From positions 62,001 through 126,000 of the IMG/VR virus record IMGVR_UViG_3300027985_000918: a stretch of DNA of 64,000 nt; one strand, given 5' to 3'. This document shows positions 48,034 through 57,388 of this stretch, piece after piece. Numbering within the stretch: the stretch's first letter is position 1; each line of letters begins with the position of its first letter. A program made the translations under genes and the position numbers. The notes under the pieces are model-generated. The model made no database searches, was not told the DNA's origin, and saw nothing but the letters and a program-made list of their open reading frames with translations.

Positions 48034-48417
48034 ATGCGAAAAGAATGGCGTGATGAGAATGGGCTCCTTCATCGAGAGGGGGGAGCCGCAATCGAAGCGA
48101 GCAGCGGGAAGACGTATTACCGTCATGGTCTTGTCCATTGTGAAGATGGGCCAGCGATTGTGGGGACCGACGGCTATCGAGAGTGGCGCCTCAACGGGCA
48201 GAGGCACAGGGTAGATGGACCGGCTATCGAATGGCCGGATGGAACCAAGGAATGGTGGCTCAACGGCCAGAGGCATCGGGTAGAAGGGCCGGCCATTGAG
48301 CAACCCAATGGCTTTCAAGCGTGGTATCTCAACGGTCTGCTGCACAAGGAAGATGGCCCTGCTATCCGGTGGCCTTATGGTTTTCAGGAGTGGTACATCC
48401 ATGGGGTGCGGCAGTAA
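48034..48417 (+). CDS. HREDGPA-repeat protein 32, lacking N-domain (5 repeats)
   Basis: MRKEWRDENGLLHREGG; own motif at 47983-48008. Confidence 0.85.
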   Translation: MRKEWRDENGLLHREGGAAIEASSGKTYYRHGLVHCEDGPAIVGTDGYREWRLNGQRHRVDGPAIEWPDGTKEWWLNGQRHRVEGPAIEQPNGFQAWYLNGLLHKEDGPAIRWPYGFQEWYIHGVRQ

Positions 48418-48512
48418 CTGGGACCATTCCGGACGAAATTCGTCACTGAGGTAACCCAGCCTCCTTGCCGAGTAGGGTGCCGAACATCGAGCGGCCGGAG
48501 AAGGGGATTCCA

Positions 48513-49211
48513 ATGTCGACGGACGAGATGAGGGCCCAGGCCAAGTTTCTGGCTCAGGAAACCCAAGAAGCCCGCCAAATGGTGGACCTGCAAGTCCTCC
48601 AGAACGAGCTGGATGCCGCTGTCGAACAGGCGTGGCGGGAAGCCTATCCCCGTCGGAAGAAGGTCCCCAGCAAGGACAAGCTCAGGGAGTGGGAGGGGTA
48701 CCCGGCCCTCTTGGACTTGGCCAAGGCCAACCTGAACCGCCTGCGAGACGAACAGACCGCCAGGTTGGCAGACCTGGACAAGAGGCTGGAAGCCCTGATC
48801 GCAGAGGGTGTCCGACCCCAGGCAGGGGATCAAGAAGCTGAGTTGTATCGGGCGTATTCGTTCACCTACAACTCTCAGGGGTATGCGAGCGCCAAGTACA
48901 CTCGGGGAATGGTGGAGATGCAGGCTGACGTGGCCCGCATGTACCAAATCCCAGTCGATGTGGTGGAGTATGAGCCGGAGTGGGCTCAGGTGAAGAGCTA
49001 CCAGATCCCGCCACGAGAAGTCGTGGCGTTCGTGAAGGTACAGGACCCCGAAGTGGATCTGTTCCTGCTGCGAGCCTGCCCTCCCCCCAGCTTGGCGGAA
49101 CAGGTCCGCATGTGCTGGAAGAGGGGTGTCAACCCCCGGGTGTACAATCCTTTCCTGCCCCACGAGTTCGAGAGCCAGCACGGACTCGACTATCAGGGTG
49201 GCCGGGTCTGA
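48513..49211 (+). CDS. hypothetical protein
   Basis: ATG 48513; motif at 48450-48475. Confidence 0.8.
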   Translation: MSTDEMRAQAKFLAQETQEARQMVDLQVLQNELDAAVEQAWREAYPRRKKVPSKDKLREWEGYPALLDLAKANLNRLRDEQTARLADLDKRLEALIAEGVRPQAGDQEAELYRAYSFTYNSQGYASAKYTRGMVEMQADVARMYQIPVDVVEYEPEWAQVKSYQIPPREVVAFVKVQDPEVDLFLLRACPPPSLAEQVRMCWKRGVNPRVYNPFLPHEFESQHGLDYQGGRV

Positions 49212-49221
49212 GGAGGAAACG

Positions 49222-49749
49222 ATGCTGCTTACTGAACTCCCTCCTGAAGGGGTGCTGAGCATTCCGGAAGGGGCTGAAACTTGGACCTGCGAGACATGCG
49301 GTAGCTCTTTCGACCTGTCCTCCGAGATCGGAAAGCAGGGTTGGGAGCACCACCAGAAGCTGGCCGAGCTGGTTCTGAGCCGTTTGGTGGCGGATCTCCC
49401 CACCGCCCTGGCCTTGGTGGGCCGGGAATTCAAGGTGGTCTACTTGCCCCGCTACCCCAACTTCCCCGAGGATGCCCTCGGGGAGATCTCCGTGAAGGTG
49501 GTGGGGGTTCAGGTGAACCCCCACCCTTGCTCTACGGAGCTGCCCCAACTGCTCCTGGACAAGGAGATCCCTGAGGTGGTGGGCACTGGCTACGGCAGTG
49601 TCGTGCGGGCATCGAGGACCCCTCTGTTCTACAGTAAGGTGGCGAGGGACCTGGAATCCTTCGGGGTGGTGTATTTCCAGCCTTGTGGGAAGGAATCCCA
49701 CTTCCTGGAAAACTCGATCCGAGAAAGGTTGGCAGGAGGCACCCCATGA
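49222..49749 (+). CDS. hypothetical protein
   Basis: GGAGG RBS, CETC motif. Confidence 0.75.
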   Translation: MLLTELPPEGVLSIPEGAETWTCETCGSSFDLSSEIGKQGWEHHQKLAELVLSRLVADLPTALALVGREFKVVYLPRYPNFPEDALGEISVKVVGVQVNPHPCSTELPQLLLDKEIPEVVGTGYGSVVRASRTPLFYSKVARDLESFGVVYFQPCGKESHFLENSIRERLAGGTP

Positions 49750-50192
49750 CCCCCCGCATGGATGGCCACTACGGTGGAGGGGCCGAGGCCTTTGGCTTCA
49801 ACGAAGATACGGTGAGACGGTACACGGAAGGGTGGTGTTGGGAGCTGGCCTTGTCCCTGTCGGAGATGACGGGGTGGCCGGCGGCATGGGTGGAGGGGAG
49901 CAAGGGCATGCACGCCTTCATCGTATCCCCCAGCGGAACGATGGCCGTGGACGTGCTAGGGATCCGCCCCCTAGAGGAAATGCTAGAGGATTGGGATGTC
50001 ATCCCCACCAACTTCGTAGTGGCTTCCTCCTATGGGGAGGCACAGCGTGAACTGAAGGAGTGGGATCTTGGCCTCAACCCTACCGACGACAGGGCACTAA
50101 CGCTCATGGACGTGACCCAGAGGATCGTCCGCCGAATCGAAGGGCGTTGGAGATTTTTGGAAAGGAGATCTTCATGTTCCGTGACGATCTGA
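49746..50192 (+). CDS. hypothetical protein
   Basis: ATGA overlap, GGAGG RBS. Confidence 0.75.
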   Translation: MTPRMDGHYGGGAEAFGFNEDTVRRYTEGWCWELALSLSEMTGWPAAWVEGSKGMHAFIVSPSGTMAVDVLGIRPLEEMLEDWDVIPTNFVVASSYGEAQRELKEWDLGLNPTDDRALTLMDVTQRIVRRIEGRWRFLERRSSCSVTI

Positions 50193-50611
50193 TTGCTGAA
50201 TTGGCAGCCATGACTCACCAAGAGAGGATGCAGCTCTGGGAGCTGGCCTGGCAGAGTTCGGCGGGCCAACCCAAGCGGGTCGTGACGGGGTGCCGTGCCG
50301 CCCTCTGCTGCAATGCTGGGGAGAAACTGAACGTGCCGAGGGTGGCTCGTGCCTTCCGAAAGGCGGAGCCCGACATGGGGGTCGAGGAAGCGATCCTCAC
50401 AGCCCGTGAACTTGTGGCCGAGGGTGAGCTGAGCGAGGTGGTCTATTTCCATAACCAGTACGCATCCCTGGAGGATGCCTACGTTTACTCCCCCCGAATG
50501 GCTATGTTCGACCGTGTTGCTTGCCTGATCCCGGGATTGACATTCACCCGAGAGCCTATCTACGACGAGGTGTTCGAGAAGAATCCCTGCTGGCCAGGAC
50601 CGACGGCGTGA
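50174..50611 (+). CDS. hypothetical protein
   Basis: AAGGAG RBS before ATG 50174. Confidence 0.75.
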   Translation: MFRDDLIAELAAMTHQERMQLWELAWQSSAGQPKRVVTGCRAALCCNAGEKLNVPRVARAFRKAEPDMGVEEAILTARELVAEGELSEVVYFHNQYASLEDAYVYSPRMAMFDRVACLIPGLTFTREPIYDEVFEKNPCWPGPTA

Positions 50612-50934
50612 GAGCCTGGCTACTGTCCAAGATGGCGTCCCTCTCCGAGTCCTTCCTTGCCGGAGAGGGGCACCCCTCCGTGTTCGAGTCTCAGTACCTG
50701 GTGTACCTAGAGTGCTTCGTGGCAGCCTCCGACGGGCCCGTAGAGGACTTCTGGCGGGAGTTCTCCAACTACTCAGGGGGGCAGGCCTTGTCGAATCGGG
50801 AGGTCGACCGGGAGACCCTTGTGGCGTCCCTGCGGGTCTTCCGTCAGCGGTACGAAGGTCCCTCACCGCACCACTTCATGACTCCTAAAGAAGGCAACGT
50901 GTTTGCCGAGATGCTGGAGAACGTGGGGGATTGA
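50608..50934 (+). CDS. hypothetical protein
   Basis: GTGA overlap with upstream gene; start uncertain. Confidence 0.6.
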   Translation: MRAWLLSKMASLSESFLAGEGHPSVFESQYLVYLECFVAASDGPVEDFWREFSNYSGGQALSNREVDRETLVASLRVFRQRYEGPSPHHFMTPKEGNVFAEMLENVGD

Positions 50935-50991
50935 CGGGTAACAGAGAGCCCGTCCCGAGTAGTACAGGCGAACCACCAAAGAGGTAGTCCG

Positions 50992-53178
50992 ATGTTTCTT
51001 CCCGGTGACCGAATCCAGAGCCTGGCAACCCGTGGAACCCTGGAGTTCCTCCGCTACTCGGATGATGGCCAATCCGCCGTCTGCCGCAACCGCTATGGAA
51101 CCGTCCAGACCGAACCCCTCGGGGTTCTGGATCGGGCACCCCTGATTCAGGGGTGCCAGGGCGTGGGGTACGAGTGGGAGGAGGGGATCCCGGTGATGTT
51201 CCGCAAGCCGGGGCAGTTGATCGACGACCCCACGTTGACCGAGGGGGTCTTCCAGCGATACCTGACGGCCAAGGAGCTGCAGGCCCAGTTTCCGTCCGGC
51301 TACCCCCAGACCAACGACTTGGTCAAGGTCCAGGACGGCGAGGGCAACTCCTACCAGATCAGGACGCAGAACATGATCCGGGACCCGGAACGGGCGGCCT
51401 CGATGGTCTGGGATGTGAGGACCTACCGAAAAAACCGCAAGATCCAGAAGTTCCCCGAGCTGGCTGAGCTGTTGAAGCAGCTTGACTGGGAGAACATCGA
51501 CTGGAATGGCCACAACCGAGATGGCAGAAAGAGCCAGGGTGGCGTGCTTAGCCAGGAAGAGACGGACCTCTCCTGGTGGGTGGAGGGGACGGGTTCTCCC
51601 ACGCTGGAGCAGATGCAGCAGATCAAGGAGGTCGTCGAGGCAGGTGAATGGCTGCCCAACGGTGAATGGCTGCCCATTGGCAAACCTCGGCACTCTCACT
51701 GGCTCCACTGCACCTATTGCGGCCAGGTGCCGTACTTGGAAACGGACGGCAAGCGGGTTCGCCTGGCGGGACCCCGGTGTCCGTTCCCAGAGGGCAACCT
51801 GGACGTAACGTTCCGGCTGTCCTTCCCGAGCGGCAAGGTGCTGGTGAACGACGATCTGCGGGATTTTGCCCCCATCAAGGAGGACCATTCGAGCATCAAC
51901 ACGCTGAAGGGCCAAGCCGAGTGGACAGCAGAGTGTGCCAAGGCGGGCCTGGCCCTGGGCTCAGTGGGGAACTCCTGCCCGTCGGTGTGGCGGATGGCAG
52001 ACGGATCGTTTACCGTTGCCAACTGGGCCTACGAATCGGAGATGGGTGAGCAGAGGATTCCCGAGGGGGTTACGGGACTGACGGGCATCCTCACGGACCT
52101 GTGGGCTTACTCCATCATGTCCTTGGATCTGGCCGAGAGCCGGGCCAAGTGGGCAAAGATCGATCTGAAGGACCTCATCGAGAAGGGGTCGGTCTCGGTG
52201 ATCGAGATCGAGCCGGGAGAGTACGAGTTCAAGCACCACACGGGAGCGGGGCGTCAGGACGGTGGAGACAAGGTCTACTGCACGTTCCGGCGGGTGGGGG
52301 ATGCCAAGCCGGTGTTCCCGGATACCTACCTGGAGCAGTGGCTCTCCGAGGACCTGACGGCCCACCAAGTGTTGGCCCAGACTATCAAGGATGGGTCGGA
52401 CTTGTACAACGGGGGGGTGCTGGAGCAGCAGGTGGTCCGAGCAGCCGACCACCTGCTGTGTACCATCGGCAGTGGGGTGGAGTGGCACGAGAATGGGTTC
52501 CCGGTGACGAACATGGACAAGGACACGGTGCCCTTGGCCGAGATCCCGGTGTTCCGTGGGCGCTACCCCTGGTATCCCTACTCGCCGGGTTACAGCGGTC
52601 TCATGCAGGCGGCCGGGCTGGCAGGCTATGGGGAGACGGAGGATCGTCCCTTCGAGCGCTGCCTGTACCTGAACCCGAGCTTCCAGGAGCTGGCATACCG
52701 GGTGCTTCAGAACATCATCCGCTACGGCCTGACCCCCTACCAGGACCACTGGGATCCGAGGATGGCCGAGGAACGCAAGGGGTTTTTCCAGTTCAAAAAT
52801 CAGGCCGAGCTAGACGCCCATTCGGACGAACAGACCCGGAATCGGATCCGCAATGCGGTCCGGGCCTTCAACCGGCTGGCGGAGCGGTGGCCGGACACGT
52901 TCGGCGGAGTGGACCCTGAGTTCACGGCTTGGATGGCGCAAAGCTCGCTGGTCGAGGACTGGGTCGAGAGGATGCAGCTCACCCCCTACAACCAGGCTGA
53001 GCCGCCCAGGGAAGACCAGGAGAGGCACCCCGGCCGGCGGGGCTACCAGACCTACATGCCCATCCTGGGCGAGGGCTGGGAGAAGGTGACTGCTGAGCGA
53101 GCGGCCCGCACCAAGGCCCGGCTGAGTCGGATGTGGGGGGTTAGCCCGACTGAGTCGGAGAAGAGCAAAGTAGAATAG
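50992..53178 (+). CDS. large hypothetical protein
   Basis: 728 aa, CTYC..CP motif, motif at 50937-50962. Confidence 0.85.
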   Translation: MFLPGDRIQSLATRGTLEFLRYSDDGQSAVCRNRYGTVQTEPLGVLDRAPLIQGCQGVGYEWEEGIPVMFRKPGQLIDDPTLTEGVFQRYLTAKELQAQFPSGYPQTNDLVKVQDGEGNSYQIRTQNMIRDPERAASMVWDVRTYRKNRKIQKFPELAELLKQLDWENIDWNGHNRDGRKSQGGVLSQEETDLSWWVEGTGSPTLEQMQQIKEVVEAGEWLPNGEWLPIGKPRHSHWLHCTYCGQVPYLETDGKRVRLAGPRCPFPEGNLDVTFRLSFPSGKVLVNDDLRDFAPIKEDHSSINTLKGQAEWTAECAKAGLALGSVGNSCPSVWRMADGSFTVANWAYESEMGEQRIPEGVTGLTGILTDLWAYSIMSLDLAESRAKWAKIDLKDLIEKGSVSVIEIEPGEYEFKHHTGAGRQDGGDKVYCTFRRVGDAKPVFPDTYLEQWLSEDLTAHQVLAQTIKDGSDLYNGGVLEQQVVRAADHLLCTIGSGVEWHENGFPVTNMDKDTVPLAEIPVFRGRYPWYPYSPGYSGLMQAAGLAGYGETEDRPFERCLYLNPSFQELAYRVLQNIIRYGLTPYQDHWDPRMAEERKGFFQFKNQAELDAHSDEQTRNRIRNAVRAFNRLAERWPDTFGGVDPEFTAWMAQSSLVEDWVERMQLTPYNQAEPPREDQERHPGRRGYQTYMPILGEGWEKVTAERAARTKARLSRMWGVSPTESEKSKVE

Positions 53179-53229
53179 TGGAATAGTGAAGCCTTTGGGG
53201 TCCCTAACCAAAACGAAACGAGTAATCCA

Positions 53230-54861
53230 ATGAGAGCACCACAAAACACTCCGAAGAGCACTGCCATGCCGTTTCTCTCCGACTTGAGCGGCACCTCGTT
53301 CATGTTCATCGAGGATGCTGGCGACGACCCCGCCAAGGATCCCGCCAAGGATCCCGCCAAGGATCCCGCCAAGGATCCCGCCAAGGATCCCGCCAAGGAT
53401 CCCACCTGGGGGCAATCCTTGCTCCGACCCCGCTCTATCAAACTCCCGTTCATGTCCTTCGAGGATGCTCACTTCATGATCTCCAACTCCACGGCAAAGA
53501 CCGTCGAAGAACGCACTCAGGAGATCCTGGCGGTGTACCCCTCCATCGAGGACTACCTGCGATCCAACGGTCTCGGCAAGGAATACGGGAAAGTGACTTC
53601 CTGTAGGGAGATCGCCGGCTTGGTTCCGAAAATCCGCCGCTTGGAGGTTCGTGCGGACCGCATCCTGTCTTACGAGTCGGTGGAGGCCATGACTCCGGCG
53701 CAGCGGAATAGCTTGGCTCAATCCCTTTCCGAAGAGGAATACCTGTTCGTGGTCGGTGGTCGGGCCAACCGACACCCAAATGAGTCCCAGGTCAAGACGG
53801 TGGAGGCGAGCTTTCTGCTGAATGGCACCCACCCCACGGCGATGGCGCTTTACACCCGTCCGGAGTTCGGCCAAAAGTTCTTGTTCTCTGCTGACTCCCA
53901 CCAGCGGCTGACGGCCATCCGCCGGGAGAACCTGCGGGCACAATTCGTGGTGTTCCTATACAAAAACCTGACCCTGACGCAGGCTCGCCAGGTCTTGGCG
54001 ATCTGGAACCTGTCGAAATCCCTCTCCGTGGACGAACACCTGGTTTCCAAGTACGAGGACTCCCCGGTGGTTCAGGCGATGTTGGACGACAACACCAACA
54101 TCAATCTGTTCTACATCGACAAGGTTGACAAGGAGGGTCGGCTCAGCAAAGCCCGCCGGGATCTGCGTGGCCGTAACTTGCCGAAGTTGGACCCCCTCCC
54201 CGTGGTCAAGCTCACCGATGTCACATGGGGGTTCGTCAACGTGTTTCGTGACGGGAACAAGGTAGGAAACACCATCCAACACGGGCGGGGCACCCGAGAC
54301 CTGACGATCCCTCAAGTCCAGCTCACGATGGAGCCCAATGCTGCCCAGGCTGTGATGATGGCAAGATCCCTCTCCGTGGGTCTTTCGGTGTGCTTCCGGG
54401 AGGGCATCCTGTTCGGGAAGACCCGGGGCAAGACGCCCGGCATCGAAGAGGGAATGACCCCTTACCAGTTCGGCAAGGTTCTCAAGGATGGGCTTCTGAA
54501 TCCGGAGATGGTAGGGGTCTGGGAGGCCGCTCTGCTCATGGACGACGTGGATCACGAGGTCCCGGACCCGTGGCTGCTGAAGCGTCCGATGCTGCTGGTG
54601 TTTTTCTATCTCATCCGCTCCAACGGCCTGGAACCGATCCTAGAACGGCTTCCCAGCTTTGTTCACTGGTACAGGGAAACCTCCCGCACCAAGGGGACAA
54701 CCATGCTTTCCCTTTACACGGAAGTGGAGAAGAAAGGCACCAAGGAGATGAACCTGCTCAACGCCCTCAAGTGCGTAGAGGCAGGGTTGAGCTACGGGCG
54801 GCACTCTCCTCTAATCCACCCGTACAGCTTCACCCATAACGACCTGTTCGGGAGTAAGTGA
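53230..54861 (+). CDS. ParB-N/DGQHR-like domain protein with (DPAK)6 linker
   Basis: FLFSADSHQRLTAI...LTLTQARQVLAIWN resembles DGQHRL-type domains. Confidence 0.5.
   Translation: MRAPQNTPKSTAMPFLSDLSGTSFMFIEDAGDDPAKDPAKDPAKDPAKDPAKDPAKDPTWGQSLLRPRSIKLPFMSFEDAHFMISNSTAKTVEERTQEILAVYPSIEDYLRSNGLGKEYGKVTSCREIAGLVPKIRRLEVRADRILSYESVEAMTPAQRNSLAQSLSEEEYLFVVGGRANRHPNESQVKTVEASFLLNGTHPTAMALYTRPEFGQKFLFSADSHQRLTAIRRENLRAQFVVFLYKNLTLTQARQVLAIWNLSKSLSVDEHLVSKYEDSPVVQAMLDDNTNINLFYIDKVDKEGRLSKARRDLRGRNLPKLDPLPVVKLTDVTWGFVNVFRDGNKVGNTIQHGRGTRDLTIPQVQLTMEPNAAQAVMMARSLSVGLSVCFREGILFGKTRGKTPGIEEGMTPYQFGKVLKDGLLNPEMVGVWEAALLMDDVDHEVPDPWLLKRPMLLVFFYLIRSNGLEPILERLPSFVHWYRETSRTKGTTMLSLYTEVEKKGTKEMNLLNALKCVEAGLSYGRHSPLIHPYSFTHNDLFGSK
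53326..53403 (+). repeat. 12-bp tandem repeat (GATCCCGCCAAG) x6.5
   Basis: Encodes (DPAK)6DP. Confidence 0.95.
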
Positions 54862-55472
54862 TGATGATCCAACTGGAACGTCGAGAACTGGAGCTTCTGC
54901 GGTCCTATCTGGACCGGGAGCAATACGAGCGGGCCAAGGGGATGCTCCAAGTTCTCATGGATACCTCCTTGGACAGTGCCAGTAAGATCTTTCTGGATAA
55001 GGACCAGACAGAGCTCTTTGGTTTGGAAATCTCCTCTGTTAGGGATCTCTCCCTCCCAACGGAGCATCCCCTGCTTTCGGGATTGCCCGATGTGACGGAG
55101 AAGTTCCCGGCAACGATTCCAGAGCTGCGGTGGGACAAGGCCACCTACGGTATCCTCCGACTTCTGTCGGAAGGGACGGAGTTCCAGACCCAGATCAATG
55201 AGATGCTCTCCCCCTGGAATCACGGGGGAGTGGGGCAAGTGTCGTCTTCGGTTCGTCGTGCAGCGTGTCATCTTCTGAATTCGGGAAATGTCCCCATTCG
55301 AGTGACTGAGAACATGCTAGAGCATCTCTCTGGTTTCGAGTTCTGGGGGGCGTTGTCCTTTGCCACTGGGATCCCTGCTACCCAACTGGCTTCCAAGAAG
55401 GAGAGGGGTGTTCGCTTGACAAGGACACGGAAGCTGGAGTACGCCCACACCCTTATCGACTTTAGCCGGTGA
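54858..55472 (+). CDS. hypothetical protein
   Basis: 204 aa, GTGA overlap. Confidence 0.75.
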   Translation: MMMIQLERRELELLRSYLDREQYERAKGMLQVLMDTSLDSASKIFLDKDQTELFGLEISSVRDLSLPTEHPLLSGLPDVTEKFPATIPELRWDKATYGILRLLSEGTEFQTQINEMLSPWNHGGVGQVSSSVRRAACHLLNSGNVPIRVTENMLEHLSGFEFWGALSFATGIPATQLASKKERGVRLTRTRKLEYAHTLIDFSR

Positions 55473-55482
55473 GGTCTTTGCT

Positions 55483-55854
55483 ATGAGCTACGAAGGGTAC
55501 GTCCAGCGCATCTGCGAGAACGGGCATCGGTACGACACCGACGCCATGTCCGACACCCACATGGGTGACGGCCTCTGCCCCTTCTGTGGGGCAGCCTCGG
55601 CGTTCGAGAACCACGTCGACGAGACGAACTGTGACTCCATCGGATTCGTGACCATCGAGGATTGGGAGCGGTTCATTATCGAGCCTGAGGAGACCCAGAC
55701 CTGCGACCTGGGTCACATCCACATCACGAAGGATGCCGTCTACCGGGTCCCCACGACCGAGGAGTTGGCCCCCCTTCGCCGCTACTACGACCCCCAGACG
55801 AAGGGCTACCTGCCCCTCCAAGAGCCTCAAGAACGGGAAGAGTGGTGGACTTGA
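55483..55854 (+). CDS. putative metal-binding protein
   Basis: CENGH, CPFC, CDLGH. Confidence 0.75.
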   Translation: MSYEGYVQRICENGHRYDTDAMSDTHMGDGLCPFCGAASAFENHVDETNCDSIGFVTIEDWERFIIEPEETQTCDLGHIHITKDAVYRVPTTEELAPLRRYYDPQTKGYLPLQEPQEREEWWT

Positions 55855-55932
55855 TACCCACCCCCAAGTGACATGGGTAGGATCTCTCCGTGACCAATAC
55901 CACCCCTGTCAAAATGAAGAGGAGACGTTCCT

Positions 55933-56364
55933 ATGCCTACCGAGTCGTTCCACGAATCCCTGTACGCCTCTCTGAAGACGATGGTGGAAGCAACCATCGA
56001 GTTCTCCAACCAGCCGGAGGTTCTGGCTCAAAAAAGCCACATGGACGCCCTATCCTGGACCAAGGAGTTCCGCACGGTGCGATTCGGCGTTGGCCGGCGG
56101 ATGGGTCATACCACGATGGGCCTTCGGTTGGCCGAAGAGATGTTCCCGAGAGAGTCGGTTTTCCTGGCCCTCAACAACAAATCCCCCCGTTCCATGTGCC
56201 CCCCCAACGTCCGCATGAAGTCATCCCACAACCCAGAGGGGCTGAGGGGACTGAACGTGAAGATGGTGGTCGTGGACTGCTCGACCTTTCTGTCCCAGAC
56301 CAACCTCGATCAGGTGATTCGGATCTCGTCCCCCTGCGACCCGGTGATTGTGCTACTCCAGTAG
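55933..56364 (+). CDS. hypothetical protein, possible degenerate P-loop
   Basis: GRRMGHTT and MVVVD echo Walker A/B. Confidence 0.6.
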   Translation: MPTESFHESLYASLKTMVEATIEFSNQPEVLAQKSHMDALSWTKEFRTVRFGVGRRMGHTTMGLRLAEEMFPRESVFLALNNKSPRSMCPPNVRMKSSHNPEGLRGLNVKMVVVDCSTFLSQTNLDQVIRISSPCDPVIVLLQ

Positions 56365-56413
56365 GTAACAACCCCAACCCTTTCGAGTAGGGCGGCGAAA
56401 CCAAGGAGACGAT

Positions 56414-57334
56414 ATGGGAAAGACACGTTCCCGCATCCAACTGGGTGACGCCAACCGTAAGCCCGAGAGAGTGAAACCGCCCGTTTCGCTGGCGGAGAAC
56501 CTCCGACCCCTCGTTGAGTTCAAGAAGTGGGGTCAGGTCCAGGTCAAGGCTATCGCCCCCTGCGGACCCGCCAAGAGCGGCTACAAGTGCGTTGCGTCCT
56601 GGAAGGTGCTGAACTCCAATGAGGACGAGCAGGCCTTCCTGGACGCCTGGGAGGCCATCGGGTTGGACCCCACCCGGTTGTTCCACGGAACCAAAGCCAC
56701 CAACGTGGCTTCGATCACCCAGCAAGGACTGGTGGCAGGCCGCCGGGGCTGCATGTTCGGCTCCGGGATCTACTTCGGAAAGATCAACAAGGCGTTGATG
56801 TACAGCAATGGAAGCGGCGATGCCCACTACGTGTTCGAGGCCGATGTCTTGCTGGGGAAAAGCAAGGTTGCCGATGCGCCCCACCCGTGGAACCTGAAGG
56901 CCTTGCGGAAGGAGGGGTACGACTCCATCCATGGCAAGTTGGGGAGGACGGTTAGCAGGGGAGGAACCCTCCGCAACGACGAGTGGGTGGTGTACTCCAG
57001 GGATCAGATCCTGCTGGATAAGCTCCACGAGTACCAGTACCTCTCGGGCGAGTTCTGGGTTCCTCCTCCCATCAAGGGGTCGTGCGGCCTGATTACCACC
57101 AAGGATGTCTACCTGGGCAAATCCGCCCGGGCATTCAGGGACGTGATCGAGAGGCAGATGTGTGGGAACGAAGGGTACACCCAGCTCATCTTGGAGGGCA
57201 ACAAGCGGGTATGGGCCTGCAACTCCTGCATCCAGAAGGGGAAGCTGCGGGTGGGCTCCAAGGTCACGGTGCGGATGTCGGGGAACGGGTGGAGGGAGCC
57301 AGAAAAGCAGTTCCGAGTAATCGGCCAGGAGTAG
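56414..57334 (+). CDS. PARP-like (H-Y-E) ADP-ribosyltransferase with Cys-rich C-terminus
   Basis: LFHGT, GCMFGSGIYFG, KALMYS, DVLLGK, GYDSI, NDEWVVY; motif at 56364-56390. Confidence 0.85.
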   Translation: MGKTRSRIQLGDANRKPERVKPPVSLAENLRPLVEFKKWGQVQVKAIAPCGPAKSGYKCVASWKVLNSNEDEQAFLDAWEAIGLDPTRLFHGTKATNVASITQQGLVAGRRGCMFGSGIYFGKINKALMYSNGSGDAHYVFEADVLLGKSKVADAPHPWNLKALRKEGYDSIHGKLGRTVSRGGTLRNDEWVVYSRDQILLDKLHEYQYLSGEFWVPPPIKGSCGLITTKDVYLGKSARAFRDVIERQMCGNEGYTQLILEGNKRVWACNSCIQKGKLRVGSKVTVRMSGNGWREPEKQFRVIGQE

Positions 57335-57388
57335 GTGTCCGGTTCCTTGTGGGGGAGTAGTACCCCCACAAGAGGAGGTTTCCCCAGG

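Noticed and set aside
24900-48417. Long alternative-frame and antisense ORFs over the array (e.g. 31923-33419, 37107-38426, 27159-28382)
   Set aside because: Shadows of stop-poor GC-rich repeats; only the frame with N-domain, RBS and ATGA coupling is coherent
24948-48417. Diversity-generating retroelement behind repeat variation (NTC, NAC, NGG, NCC codon sets look adenine-mutagenesis-like)
   Set aside because: No reverse transcriptase or invariant template repeat in the window; pattern also follows from GC3 bias plus conservative substitution. A genome-wide RT and TR/VR search would settle it
50174-50611. Ribosomal L7/L12 C-terminal-like domain
   Set aside because: Only a loose resemblance (RAFRKAEPDMGVEEAILTARELV); not supportable without a profile search
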